Assembly (NCBI RefSeq): GCF_006345805.1 | Contig: NC_043014.1 | Span: 21,638,001 to 21,702,000 of the forward strand | From: Octopus sinensis | Lineage: Eukaryota | DNA: 64,000 nt | Reading direction: 5' to 3' | Part shown: positions 1-12,295 of the stretch, one piece after another | Layout: each line of letters opens with the position of its first letter | Numbering within the stretch: position 1 is the first letter of the stretch | The notes under the pieces: generated by a model | The model's database searches: none | What the model saw: only the letters and a program-made list of their open reading frames with translations | What the model was told of the DNA's origin: nothing | Made by a program: the position numbers and the translations under genes

Positions 1-1062
1 TTATATTTTAAAAGTTGCCAGATCTTTCGTCTATAAAGTTTGTAAGGAGCTAGAGACTGAGGATGGAAACATGTTACCAGTATCAAAGCATAAAAAGCAT
101 TCTAAATGCTCTGAAATCATCAAAACACCTGAATTTATCCAGCAAGTTCAACAGATCATTGATTACAATCCCAGAAAGTTCATGAGGTCAGTTGCAAAAG
201 ATCTCCATGTGTCAGAAGGAACAGTCAGAAATGTTGTTCACGAAGACATCAGATATGTCTTATATGATGAGGAAAGGTCAATTTATCAGAAAAAGCATGA
301 GAAGTTCACTACATCTAAAAGGCTCTTAAACAAGCAGAAGAATTGATTTGGTTTTCCTCAAATGAGCAAAACTTCGACCAAGATCAAAAAACTAACAGAA
401 GAAATAGCAGATGGTTATGTGCAGACCTTTCTGAAGTTTCAAGTGTTATACATACAAAATTTCCTGCAACTGTCATGTTTTTAGGGGTTGTCAGCAACGA
501 AGGACATGTGATGCCTCCTTACTTCTTTCCACAGGGCCATAAATTTAACTCTGCTGCCTACATTGAGGTCCTGGAAATAACTGTTAAACCCTGGGTAGAC
601 TGTATGCAATGGAAGGCCATATGTGTTTCAGTAAAACTCTGCACTGTCACACATGGCTCTTGTAACACAGGAATGGATGGTTGAAAATTTTCATGATCAC
701 GTAACCCCTAACATTTGGCCTCCTAATTCCCCAGATCTCAATCCATTGGACTATTACATATGGAGCATTGTTGAGAGAGAGGTCAATGAACATGCCCATA
801 ACACCAAAGGTTCTTTGAAAGCTGCCATAGTCTGAGTAATGTCCAAAATGAAACAGGACCACTTTATTCAAGCATGTAGATGATTTAGATCTTTTATAGA
901 AGCAGTCGTTGAAGCTGAAGATGGCTTTATTGATTAACATTATAGAAAAGAAGGTTTATTTTTATCCTCATAGCATTTTGTGATAAATAAAGTTATCAGC
1001 TGTTATTATATATCTGTTTTTTTATAAACATAAATCTGTCCTCAAATATCTTACGCACCCTG
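1..1062 (+). mobile_element. Degraded Tc1/mariner DD37D (maT-type) transposon, 5' end outside the window
   Basis: Broken ORFs 71-346, 343-684 and 653-835 give WF.S.E.NFDQ, KFPATVMFLGVVSNEG and WPPNSPDLNPLDY, with 37 residues between the 2nd and 3rd catalytic positions (2nd D mutated to N). Ends CACCCTG followed by TA. Confidence 0.9.
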
Positions 1063-2920
1063 TACACACACACACACACGTGTCTTTATGTTTGTTCTAT
1101 ATTATCCCTTGACAGCCGGTGTTGGTTCATTTACGTCTCTATAACTTAGTGGTTCAGCAAATGGGACTGCTAGAATAAGTATCAGACTTAAAATTTAAAG
1201 TACTGGGGTCAATTTTTCAACCTTTCAAGGTGGTATGATTGCATGGCTACAGTCTAATAACTGAAACATGTAAAAAGAGAAAGAAAAATAAGATAAACAC
1301 ATACCATTTTTGCTGTTGTATAAGATTTTTTTTTTTTTTTTGTAATTTTAAATGTAACCAAAAATTGCCCTGATTCTCATGCAGCTGTGGAAGACCAAGT
1401 GTTGTAGGGTAGGGAGCTGGAAAAGCATAAATCCACTAGGCACAATAATTGTTACTAATAATAGAATATTGAAAACAAGCCAAACTATCACAGTATGTTT
1501 GCATTAACTTAAGAATAAATTGCTTATGGTATGTTGGAAGTTATGTGGAGAGGTCATTATATCTTCCTCTGCATACATAACCCACACTTGATGCATGTCT
1601 TACATTATTTAATGACTGTTCTACCTTTAAGAAACATTGTTTTAGTTATCTAAATGAAATTCTCTGAGAAAGATGAAAGGAATGTTTAACTTTCATCTGC
1701 TGATCAGCTATTTGCAATGAGTGGATGACAACAAAAGCATAGCAGTGGTGCACCACCTTGATAACTGATAACACAAAACATCATTGTGAAAAATATGAGT
1801 TTTACATACTGTGTGGTAATTGTCTTGACCAACATACAAACATCTTACACAGTTTATCTGAAAGAAGAGAATACAGTACTTGTGTAATGTAGTTTATAGA
1901 GGATAAATTTATGGCTTCATGCTTTATTCCAGTACACTGTCACAGCATTATATTTGAATGCATAGAATCATACATTTTCCCCTTAATAAACCATTTAAAA
2001 ATATCTTTCAATCTGGCACACCATCACTTATGATGATGAGATTTCCAGTTGATCCAATCATTGGGACAACCTGTTTATGAAATTAACATGCGAGTGGCTG
2101 AGCACTCCACAGACTTAAGTACCCTTAACATAGTTCTCAGGGAGATTCAGCATGACACAGAATGTGATGAGGGTGGCCTTTTGAAATAGAAATACAACTT
2201 ATTTTTGCCAGCTGGCAAAAAATATCTTTCAATATAGGAATCTTGACATGCCTGCTCAACATACTAGAATGTTAGTAGAGGCTGCTAAGTCTTATTTTGT
2301 CATCTTGAATAAGGAAGGACACATTGGTTAATAGTTCTACATACATTATATCTAAAAGAAAAACATGAGGTCTCACTGGAATGCATTAGCCCATTAGCAT
2401 TCAAATTACTCTGTCACATGTAATGCTTATTTATTTACATTGTTTTGAATTAATCCTGCATTATCTTGTAGCTTCAAGATTTTGATGTGATGGATCTGGT
2501 TAGTTTGAACATAAAACATAATATTTGGGCCAGATATGGTTGGTTTAAATATGTAAGAGTTGGGTCATAAGCCTGCCCAGTGAGAGTTGACCTGCTGCTA
2601 AACTACAACTACTGGTATTTATTTGAATGACGCCCCACTACCAAGAAGATGAAAGGTAGTGGTGAGAATTGAACACAGAATGTAAAAGATCATATCTGAG
2701 TTTTGTAAGGAACTATGTCCAGTTCCCTAAGGATTCTACCTCCCACTGTTCTTGTTTTTGATTTTGATACACTATTCAATCTTGGTTTTTGATTATAACA
2801 AGGTAACCTTTGATCTAGCAATGGTGCTGGTGGTGACAGAACTTTTGACCAGCTGTTGATGGGGGTAATCAACTAACATTTCCATTACTGCTTTGTGTGT
2901 GTGTGTGTGTATTTTTATCT

Positions 2921-3250
2921 TTTATCATTTACTTGTTTTAGTCATTAGACTGCGACCATGCTGGGGTACTGCCTTGAAGACTTTTAGTCAAACAAATCAA
3001 CCCCAGTATTTTTTTAAAGCCCGGTTATCAGTCTCTTTTTGCCAAACCACTAAGTTACAGGGATGTAAACACACTTACACTGGTTGTCAAGCAGTCGTGG
3101 GGCACGTTCATACACACACACACAGATATATGCACAACAGGCTTGTATCAGTTTCAATTTACAAAATCTACAGGTAGTAAAAGTCAGTGGGACTGAACTT
3201 AGGACTATGTGATAGGGAAGCAAACTTCTTACACCCAGCCACGCCTGCAT
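2921..3250 (-). mobile_element. tRNA-derived SINE with CORE-like body (abundant family; further copies near 1075, 3290, 3496, 5595, 6046, 33320, 36070, 38185, 45245)
   Basis: Minus strand shows an A-box-like TGGCTGGGTGT and a B-box-like GGTTCAGTCCC head, and the recurring tail AATGACT(G/A)AAACAAGTAAA. The same sequence recurs many times in the window. Confidence 0.75.
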
Positions 3251-3704
3251 CTATATGCGTATGTATATATCTAATTTTTATCATCACTTCGACATCCACT
3301 TTTCCATGCTTGCTTTGGTCAGGCAGAATGTGCTTCCATACAGTTTCCATTTTTAAATTCCACTTATAAGACATTAGTCAACTGAAGGTTATAGAAGAAG
3401 ATACTGGCCCACAGAGCCATATACTGGGAACAAACCGCAAGGTGCTAAGTGAACTCCTTAACCACACAACCTCACCCCCTATGCATACATATATATTCTT
3501 TTACTTGTTTCAGTCATTCGACTGCGGCCATGCTGGAGCACCACATTTAAGGGTTTTAGCCAAACAAATCAGCCCCAGGACTTATTTTTTAATTTTTTAA
3601 GCCTAGTACTTATTCTATCAGTCTGAACCACTAAGTTATGGGGATGTAAACACACCAACACCGGTTATCAAGTGGTGGTGGGGATACAAACACGCATCTA
3701 TGTA

Positions 3705-4075
3705 TGTTATATATATATATATATATCTATATATATATATGTGTGTATGTATATATATATAGTGTGTATGTATATATATATAATGGTTGTATGTAGATAT
3801 ATATATATATATGTGTATGTATGATATATATATATATATATGTGTATGTATGTATATAATATATATATATATATATGTGTATGTAATGTATATATATATA
3901 TATTATATATGTGTGGTTGTATGTATCTATATATATATATATATGTGGTATGTATGTATATATATATATAATAGTGTGTATGTAGTATATATATATATAT
4001 ATATGTGTATTGTATGTATATTTATATATATATATGTGTGTATGTATGTATAATATATATATATATAGTGTGTAG

Positions 4076-4106
<31 letters not shown>

Positions 4107-4151
4107 ACTATATATGTGTATGTAGTATATATATATATATATATATGTGTA

Positions 4152-4190
<39 letters not shown>

Positions 4191-4342
4191 ATGTATATAT
4201 TATATATATATAATAATATATGTGTATGTCATATATATATTATATATATAGATATATATGTGATGTATAATATAAGAATATTATATATATATATATGTGT
4301 ATGTATATAGATATAGAAGATATATATATATATATGTGTATG

Positions 4343-4374
<32 letters not shown>

Positions 4375-4489
4375 AGATATATATTATATTATATGTGTAT
4401 GCATATATCGGTATGTATATATATATATGTTGATATGATATATATATATATATATAATATATATATGGTATGCATATATATATATATAG

Positions 4490-4520
<31 letters not shown>

Positions 4521-4838
4521 ATGTATATATATATATATGTGTATGTATTGTATATATATATATGATATATATATATATATATATATGGTATGTATATATA
4601 TGTGTATGTATATATATGTGTAATGTATATATATGTGTTGTATATATATATATGTGTATGTATATATATATGTGATGTATATATATATATATGTATATAT
4701 GTAGATATAGGTATATATTGTATATATATATATATATGTAGATATATATATATATATATATAGTATATATATATATATATATATATGGTATGTATATATA
4801 TGTGTATGTATATATATATATAGTATATATATTATATC

Positions 4839-4886
<48 letters not shown>

Positions 4887-5245
4887 ATCTATTGTATGTA
4901 TGTATATATATATGTATGTATGTATATAATATGTATGTATGTATATATATATGTATGTATGTATATATATGTATATGTATGTATATATATGTATGTGTAT
5001 ATATATATATGTATGATGTAGTATGTATATGTATGTATATGTATGTATATATATGTATGTGTATGTATATATATGTATGTGTATGTCTATATATGTATGT
5101 GTATGTAATATATGTGTTATGTTATATATGTATGTGTATGTATATATATGTATGTGTAGGTATATATATGTATATATATATATATATATATGTGTATGTA
5201 TATATATATATATATGCTATATATGTGTATGTATATATATTAAGT

Positions 5246-5301
<56 letters not shown>

Positions 5302-5310
5302 ATAAATATT
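3705..5310. repeat. ~1.6 kb compound (TA)n/(TATG)n microsatellite
   Basis: Almost entirely TA, TATG and TGTA units; source of the spurious Y/I/V/M/C ORFs. Confidence 0.98.
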
Positions 5311-5380
5311 AGGGAATAAATCCAAATTTACAGGGAAAAAATCAGATTTAGGATTAAATCCAATTTTATAGTAAAATATT

Positions 5381-5568
5381 ATAAAATATTATTAGAGACA
5401 AAACCACTATTTTGCAAAACAAACAAGGAAAGACTTAATCAATACATAAAATTTTATAAATTTATTGACTATATTATTAAAATTTTAAAATTTAAAATTT
5501 TATGTATTGATTAAGTCTTTCCTTGTTTGTTTTGCAAAATAGTGGTTTTGTCTCTAATAATATTTTAT
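5381..5568. repeat. AT-rich foldback repeat next to (TA)n (related sequence in opposite orientation at ~12130-12265)
   Basis: ATAAAATATTATTAGAGACAAAACCACTATTTTGCAAAACAAACAAGGAAAGACTTAATCAATACATAAAATTTTA is reverse-complemented at ~5493-5568. Confidence 0.85.
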
Positions 5569-5990
5569 ATATGTGTATGTATATATATATATATATATAA
5601 TATATGATGGGCTTCTTTCAGTTTCTGTCCATCAAATCCACTCACAAGGCTTTGGTTGGCACGAGGCTATAGTAAAAGACACTTGTCCAAGGTGCCACGC
5701 TGTGGGACTGAACCTGGAACCATGTGGTTGTGAAGCAAGCCTCTTACCACACACCCACACCTGCGCCTATGTGTACAATTGTTATTCTCCATATGCGTCA
5801 CACACTCATATTAACCTAGTCTTTTCACTTGCCTATTTCATCTAATTTCTTTTACATCCTGTTTCTTTCAGCTCGTTTGTACTCCATTACTTACGCACAT
5901 TAATATTGTGAGTCCAGTGAAATATGTTTATTTCATTTCTGTATATGTGTGTTATACATACATATGATTATACATGAGGGGTATTAGTAT

Positions 5991-6039
<49 letters not shown>

Positions 6040-6260
6040 TTTCTTTCTTTTACTTGTTTCAGTCATTAGATTGTAGCCATGCTGGGGGACCTCCTTGATT
6101 TTAGCTGAATGAATCAACAACCCAGTTATTTTTAAAACCTGGTACTTATTTCGTTGGTTATCTTTTGTGAACCACTAAGTTACAGAAATGTAAACACACT
6201 AACACAGTTGATATGCAGCAAGCAGTGGAGGACAACCACAGATACAAAACATAAAACAAA

Positions 6261-6321
<61 letters not shown>

Positions 6322-6359
6322 TATATATATTACTTTATTTTAAGCAGCAGAAAATTCAA

Positions 6360-6410
6360 CAAAATCTGTTACTCTGAGTTTCTCGTTGCCGTTCATCAGA
6401 CAGTTTTTGC
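6360..6410 (-). ncRNA. Minimal type I hammerhead ribozyme-like motif (Penelope/retrozyme type), probably degenerate
   Basis: Minus strand reads GCAAAAACUGU-CUGAUGA-A CG GCAA CG A-GAAA-CUC A GAG-UA-ACAGAUUUUG: intact CUGANGA and GAAA cores, GUA cleavage triplet, stem I, stem II with a GNRA loop, short stem III. The 10.1/11.1 pair is an A.A mismatch. Confidence 0.65.
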
Positions 6411-6861
6411 TAGAATGGAACTTATATATATATATATATATATATATATTACACTATTGTATGAATGAGTGCCCTCGCGTCAATTCGATTTGTTTCGTTT
6501 CGTTTCATCTTATTCTCTAAGCTGGTTTATATATATATATATATAAGGAAAGGCTTCTTTCAGTTTCCATATACCAAATCCACTCACAAGGCTTTAATGA
6601 GCCCAAGGTTATAGCTTACCATACAGCCATGTCTATCTATCTATATGTATCATACCAGAAGAAAACATCATAACTATAGGAAGAATATTATAGCATATAT
6701 AGAAAGAAGAAAAGCAACCACAGTAAAACTAGCAAGCACACCTCAACTTCATGTAATTGATAGATTACTTTACTCACAATTACAAAAGTAAAACGCCTAC
6801 TAAAGTGGAGGGCTATGGAGGTGCACCTCTCTGAAATATGAAGTAAAAGATTGTGAAAATC

Positions 6862-7075
6862 ATCATCATTGTTTAATGTCCACTTTCCATGCTAGCATGG
6901 GTTGGACAGTTTGACTGAGGACTGACAAGCCAGAAGGCTGCACCAGGCTCCAATCTGATCTGGCAAGGTTTCTACAGCAGGATGCCCTTTCTAAAACCAA
7001 CCATTCTGAGAGTGTGGTGGGTGCTTTTTACTTGTCACCGGCACAAGGGCCAGTCAGACGGCACAGAAGGCACAG
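6862..7075 (-). mobile_element. RTE LINE 3' tail ending in (GAT)n
   Basis: Same sequence as the 3' UTR attached to the RTE ORF at 41270-41740 (AAGGGCATCC.GCTGTAGAAAC..CCAACCCATGCTAGCATGGAAAG..GATGATGAT). Confidence 0.8.
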
Positions 7076-8040
7076 AACATCTTCCAGTCCTTCCGTGCCT
7101 GTTTCTCTTCCCTAATGGCCCTGTCAGTTACATTGTTCCACCACCATATTACCTTAGGTCGAGACCATCCACAGATCTGGTTAGTAGCCTACAACAGGTT
7201 GTCCCTTAGGAATCCCCAGTTGTGTTCCACATTGTGATGCTATATCCTCCTCTATTTCATCAAAAGCTTCGAGTAATACATCTCTAAATCTCTGTCTATT
7301 CACAGGATCCTTAAGCTTCCAAACCCTTCTTTTCCATGCTGGTCGTCTTCTGGGCATCCATTTAGCCCAGGTCCTGAAGTTACTAACTACTAACCTATGT
7401 TGTGGAGTGCATTCTTTACCTGGGAAAGTTTTGGCATTTATAAGTAGCCATCTTTACCATTTCCTGACAAGAATGTAGTCAATCTGACTAGTATGCCACC
7501 AGACCAGTAGGTGAATAGGTGACTGGTAGGTTTCCTGAAGTTAGTATTACAGACCATAAGATCATTTGCATCACAGAACTCCAGCAGCTTCGTTCCTTCC
7601 TCATTGTTGGAACCAAATCTATAGCTACCATGTACACCATGGAAGCCCCTTGCATGTTATCCAACATGCCCAGTGACATCACCAGCTGCAAAGAGAAGGT
7701 CCCTGTCATTTGTTGTTGAGGTAGTCTGCAAGTGAGTGTCATAAAATTGGTCTTTCTGTTCGTCAGGTAGCCCTGGCTGAGGGGCATAAGCTGAGATAAT
7801 GGTTGCTAATCCATGTTGCAGCCTTAATCTAAGCTTAAGTATTCTATCACAGACTCTGACTACCTTGATTACCTTATCAACCCATTTCTCCGCAAAAAGT
7901 ATACCCACATCCCCAACTCCATCAGTGTTCCCTACCCAGAAAATCTTATACCTATGTTCTTTATCTGTGAGCAACCTAGCAGAACTTCCTCTCCACCTTA
8001 CTTCTTGGATGTAGCACTAATCTACATGTCTCTGTAAACA
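7075..8040 (-). mobile_element. RTE-clade LINE fragment, APE endonuclease region (decayed)
   Basis: Minus frames give QEVRWRGSS, GVGDVGILFAEKWVDKVIKVVRVCDRILKLRL, IISAYAPQ, AGDV.GHVG, NEEGTKLLEFCDANDLMVCNTNFRK and WWWNN....AIRE. Confidence 0.9.
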
Positions 8041-9335
8041 TACTCCAAGAACTTTTTGATACCATATCTATATACATTTGCATCTATATGTTATTGATAG
8101 TGTCTTTTCTTAATCTCCTAATATTGGTGGAGTTTGAACTGGATATAGTGAAACTACTCTGGGCTCCTGGGTTGAAGAATTGTTGAAAATATAAATAAAC
8201 AGCAAAAATCACCTTTAGTACAATTATTTTGTTTAAATTTCATTTATATTCATGACTATAGCCATGACAAATTTGTTCACCTTTGATACATAAATGATTT
8301 GCTATTTAAATAAACTGAATGTTAATACAAATAAGCCTCTTTTTTTAAACAATTGAATCTTTGGGAAAAATAGGCAATAAACCAAATTTAGACAGTAGAA
8401 TGGTAGAATCATCACAGTGCTGGGGAGGGGTGTTGCCAGGTTCTAAAGTTAGGGGGAGGAGCACATAAAAAAGGTGCCATGACACATACCAAACAATTTT
8501 TAACTCATTTCTCTTATATTATGTGAAATATTTCATTAGTTATAATATACATAATTGTATTCTACATTCATTAATTTCATGTTTCAGTAACAATATCATT
8601 ATATGTGAAACTTACAACTTTTGATATATATGTGACATGAAAAAGATGAAACTCCATGGGGATTGTCCAGCGTCAAGAGAGAGATTCAATTTTTATTGCA
8701 CAAAGGAACTAAAGAGTTAAAAAATAAATTTTTGAAAAATGTGCTCATGGGGAGTGGTCACTCTTTTTGCTCCTATTAGCTACAACCCCTGGTACTGGAC
8801 ACAATAGCTGAGGTATTTAGTTAATAGTCTTAACTCTAACTTAGCCTTTCTTCTTTGCAAGAACAATAATATAAAGTACCAGTCAATTAGTGAAATCAAT
8901 TCAATACTCTTAAAAAACATCCTTGATATAAATTTATTAATAATAGGATAATCTTATCCTTTAGCATTCTGATTATTCTGTCAAATGTGATGCTTATTTA
9001 TTGACATTGTTTTGAATTAATCATGCATTATCTTGTAGAATTAAGTTTTCAATGCTTAGTTTTAGAATGGAATTGTAGGATAGGTGTAAGAAGCTAGATG
9101 TGGCTGGCTTATCCTTTTAGCATTGAGATTACTTTGTCAAATGTATTACTTTTATAATCACATTTTATAAAATTTATCCTGTACTAGCAGAGATACCTGG
9201 CGTTGCCTACCATACATTGTATGGTAGGTGTGAGAGGCTGGATCTGACCAGTTTGAACATAAAGTAGGCAGAATATTTGGGCCAAATATGGCTAGTGTAA
9301 ATGCTAAAGGACTGGAAAAAGGAAAAACATATTTG

Positions 9336-9435
9336 NNNNNNNNNNNNNNNNNNNNNNNNNNNNNNNNNNNNNNNNNNNNNNNNNNNNNNNNNNNNNNNNN
9401 NNNNNNNNNNNNNNNNNNNNNNNNNNNNNNNNNNN
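9336..9435. other. Assembly gap (100 N)
   Basis: Run of 100 N, probably a placeholder of unknown true size. Confidence 1.
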
Positions 9436-10558
9436 TTATTTATTGTTATAGTGTGGAATATTTAAGATTTAGTAGACATGCCCTTCGCATTTTATAATAC
9501 AGGACCCTATTAGGTATGTTAATGATCAGATGAATATTCTCTTGCGGAATTTCTTACCAAGTTTCATGCAGTAATCTCAAAAGATCTGGCTTTGAAGATG
9601 CTTTCTTGTTCTTTTATGAAGTGTCCTGTCCATTATGTCCCTGGCCAGCGAAGCTTTTTAATGCCATTCTCATCTAACAAATCCTGGGTCATTTTAGCTG
9701 TGTAACAAGGCACCCCATCTTCCATAAATAGTCTTCTTTAATCATTTCACCACCGGAGAAGATTGGAAAAAGTCCTTTCTGCAATATGGACACATATTTA
9801 TCTGAGTTTATGTCTCCCTCACACTCTACCAGCTCTGATCAACCATTGCTCCAAATTGCTCCCCAGACCATCACAGAATAGCTGCCATGTTTCATTGTTG
9901 GCTATAATCTTTTCACATCAAATTCTTGATCACAGAGTTTCCAGACCCATACTCCACCACTGTCAGGAAATAGAGTAAATCTGAACTCCTGAGAGAATAA
10001 GAGTGTCCCAAAATGCTAGTGGCCTCTCAATCATTTCACTGGCCCAAGCTTTTCTCCGCTTGATGTTAGCTGGTTAATGAGGAGGCTTCCTTCTTGCTCC
10101 TCTGCCATAGTAACCAAGTTTGTGGAGATACCTGACAGCTGTTCTGGGACTGACATCACCTTGTTCTGCTATATCAGAGGTCTTGCAACGAGGATTATCC
10201 TCTACACTTCTCTTAAGAAAGAGAAGGGTCTTGTCAGAGAGCCCTGATTGATCTAGGTGAGGTGATGTGGGCTCCTTCCCTTTGGTGAATTCCATAATCA
10301 CTCTATTAACTGTAGAAAGCAGGATCCCAAGGTTTTCTCTGATTTTACGCTATGTCCATCTTCAGAATGAACCACAATATGACCTCTTCGAAATTCAGTC
10401 AGTTCCAATGCTTCTTTTGTACATGGCATGATTAAATAATAATATATAGACTCTGAAACATAAAAGGATCAATTAATAAAAAATTTAAACCCTTACAATT
10501 TAGAATAAACATAAAACGATGTTTTATGGGGTGTCAATTTACTTCTGTCATATTTGTG
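9436..10558 (-). mobile_element. Degraded Tc1-family transposon
   Basis: Minus strand gives ELTEFRRGHIV..(HTH), VSPRTAVRYLHKLGYYGRGARRKP, SVMVWGAIW and EDGVPCYTAKMTQ..NGIKKLRWPG, with many stops and frameshifts. The 5' end reads TA-CACAAATATGACAGAAGTAAATTGACACCCC; the 3' end runs into the gap. Confidence 0.85.
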
Positions 10559-10564
10559 TATATA

Positions 10565-11334
10565 TTGGGTCATCCCAGAAATAATGCAATTTTTTTTATA
10601 CTTCTTTTATTTTTCAAAATTAAGATAAACAAAGTTCCTTTTTAATCTAAAATATACTCTCCTTCTTTTTCTACACTGCTCTTCCATCTATCTGGTAGAC
10701 TTGCAAGGCCCCTCTTCTAAAATTCACTTGTCCATGACGAAAAATACTCCTCCACTACTGTTCTAACCTCATCTACAGAATTCATATTTTTTCTGTCCAA
10801 ATGATTTTGAAGACTGCAGAATAAATGATAATCTGATGGGACAATGTCCAGCAAATATGGTGGGTGGGCATTGTTTCCACATTCAAACTGCTCCAGCCTT
10901 TGGAATGTCATCCTCGCTGTATGTGGCCAAGCATTATCCTGATGGAAGAACATTTTTCACCTTGAAATCAAAGATGGTCGTTTTTCCTCTAGCGCTGACT
11001 TGAATGACTGGTTGAATGACCAAATCCAAGCTTCTCTGCTTGTTCTTCAACCGTTATGATGGGGTCTTGTTCCTCCAGTGTTTGCAGAACATCCTCTTCA
11101 AGCTCTACAGATCTTCCTGGATGAGGTTCATTTCCTAGGCTGTAGTTTCTGGCTTGGGGTTTCTGGAACCACAGTTGAAACAGGTTTACGCTTATTATTC
11201 GATCCCCATATATTCCATTAATATTCCTCACACTTCCCATTGCATTGTTGGCTTTATTGAACTCACAAAGCAAAATATGCCAAATAGGCCCCTTTGTCAC
11301 TTGAAAAACCTGCATTATTTATGAGATGATCCAA
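10565..11334 (-). mobile_element. Internally deleted mariner (DD34D) with both TIRs
   Basis: TIRs TTGGGTCATCCCAGAAATAATGC and TTGGATCATCTCATAAATAATGC, flanked by TA. N-terminal HTH (ORF 10989-11315) is joined to QDNAWPHT..HPPY..DIVPSDYHLF (34 residues between the Ds). Confidence 0.92.
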
Positions 11335-12295
11335 TATATATATGTATGTGTGCATGTGTATATATGTATGTATATATATATATCATCATCATTGTTTAAT
11401 GTCTGCTTTCCATGCTAGCATGGGTTGGATGATTTGACTGAGGACTGGTGAACCAGATGGGTACACCAGGCTCCAATCTGATCTGGCAGTTTCTACAACT
11501 GGATGCCCTTCCTAACGCCAACCACTCCTAGACTGTAGTGGGTGCTTGTAATCAACTTCATTATAAGATTCATATTAAAATTTAAAGACTGAAAACTAAA
11601 TTAAAAATTTTATTATATTTTCATTCGTTATAATGGGATTTCAACTATATATCTGTGTGTGTATATTCACATGAATCAATGTACAAAGAAAGTGCGGGAA
11701 ATGTATGAGCCTACAAAGGCTCAACCACTTTTGTATAAGCCTACAATGAGCTCAACCACTTTTGAGTGACTTTGAAATTATTTGTATTATAGATTACTGA
11801 GTCCTATAATTGTTCTAGATCTAAATACCCACACATATCTCTATATTTATATCAACAATGCCTCAATATATAGTCATCCAGCTCATACTAGAGTGGAAAA
11901 AACAAGAAGAATTTTTATGTGCATGTGTGTGTGTATATATATATACATACACACCTCAGTTTTCAAAATAAATCATACTTTAGCTCCTGTCTTTCTCATA
12001 TTCATTTAATACAGTAGTACCTTGGTTTACGGATGCCACCACAATCAGAGTTGTTCAGAAATCAAGGTACTACTGTATATGTGTGTATGTATGTATGTAT
12101 GTATGTATGTATGTATATATATATATATTATATTAAATTAGAGACAAAACCACTATTAGGCAAATCAAACAATATAATATAATATTTTACTATAAAATTG
12201 AATTCAATCCTAAATCTGATTTTTCCCTGTAAGTTTGGATTTATTCCCTAATATTTATTATTATATATACACACACACACACACACACACATATA

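Noticed and set aside
3787-5319. Long ORFs rich in Y/I/V/M/C (up to 169 aa), and similar H/T or C/V ORFs at 42249-42598
   Set aside because: These are translations of (TA)n, (TATG)n and (CA)n microsatellites, with no splice or domain evidence.
8421-8793. Possible Harbinger-like MITE (AGGGGTGTTGCCAG ... TAGCTACAACCCCT)
   Set aside because: The terminal match is too imperfect and no TSD could be confirmed, so it is not listed as a feature.
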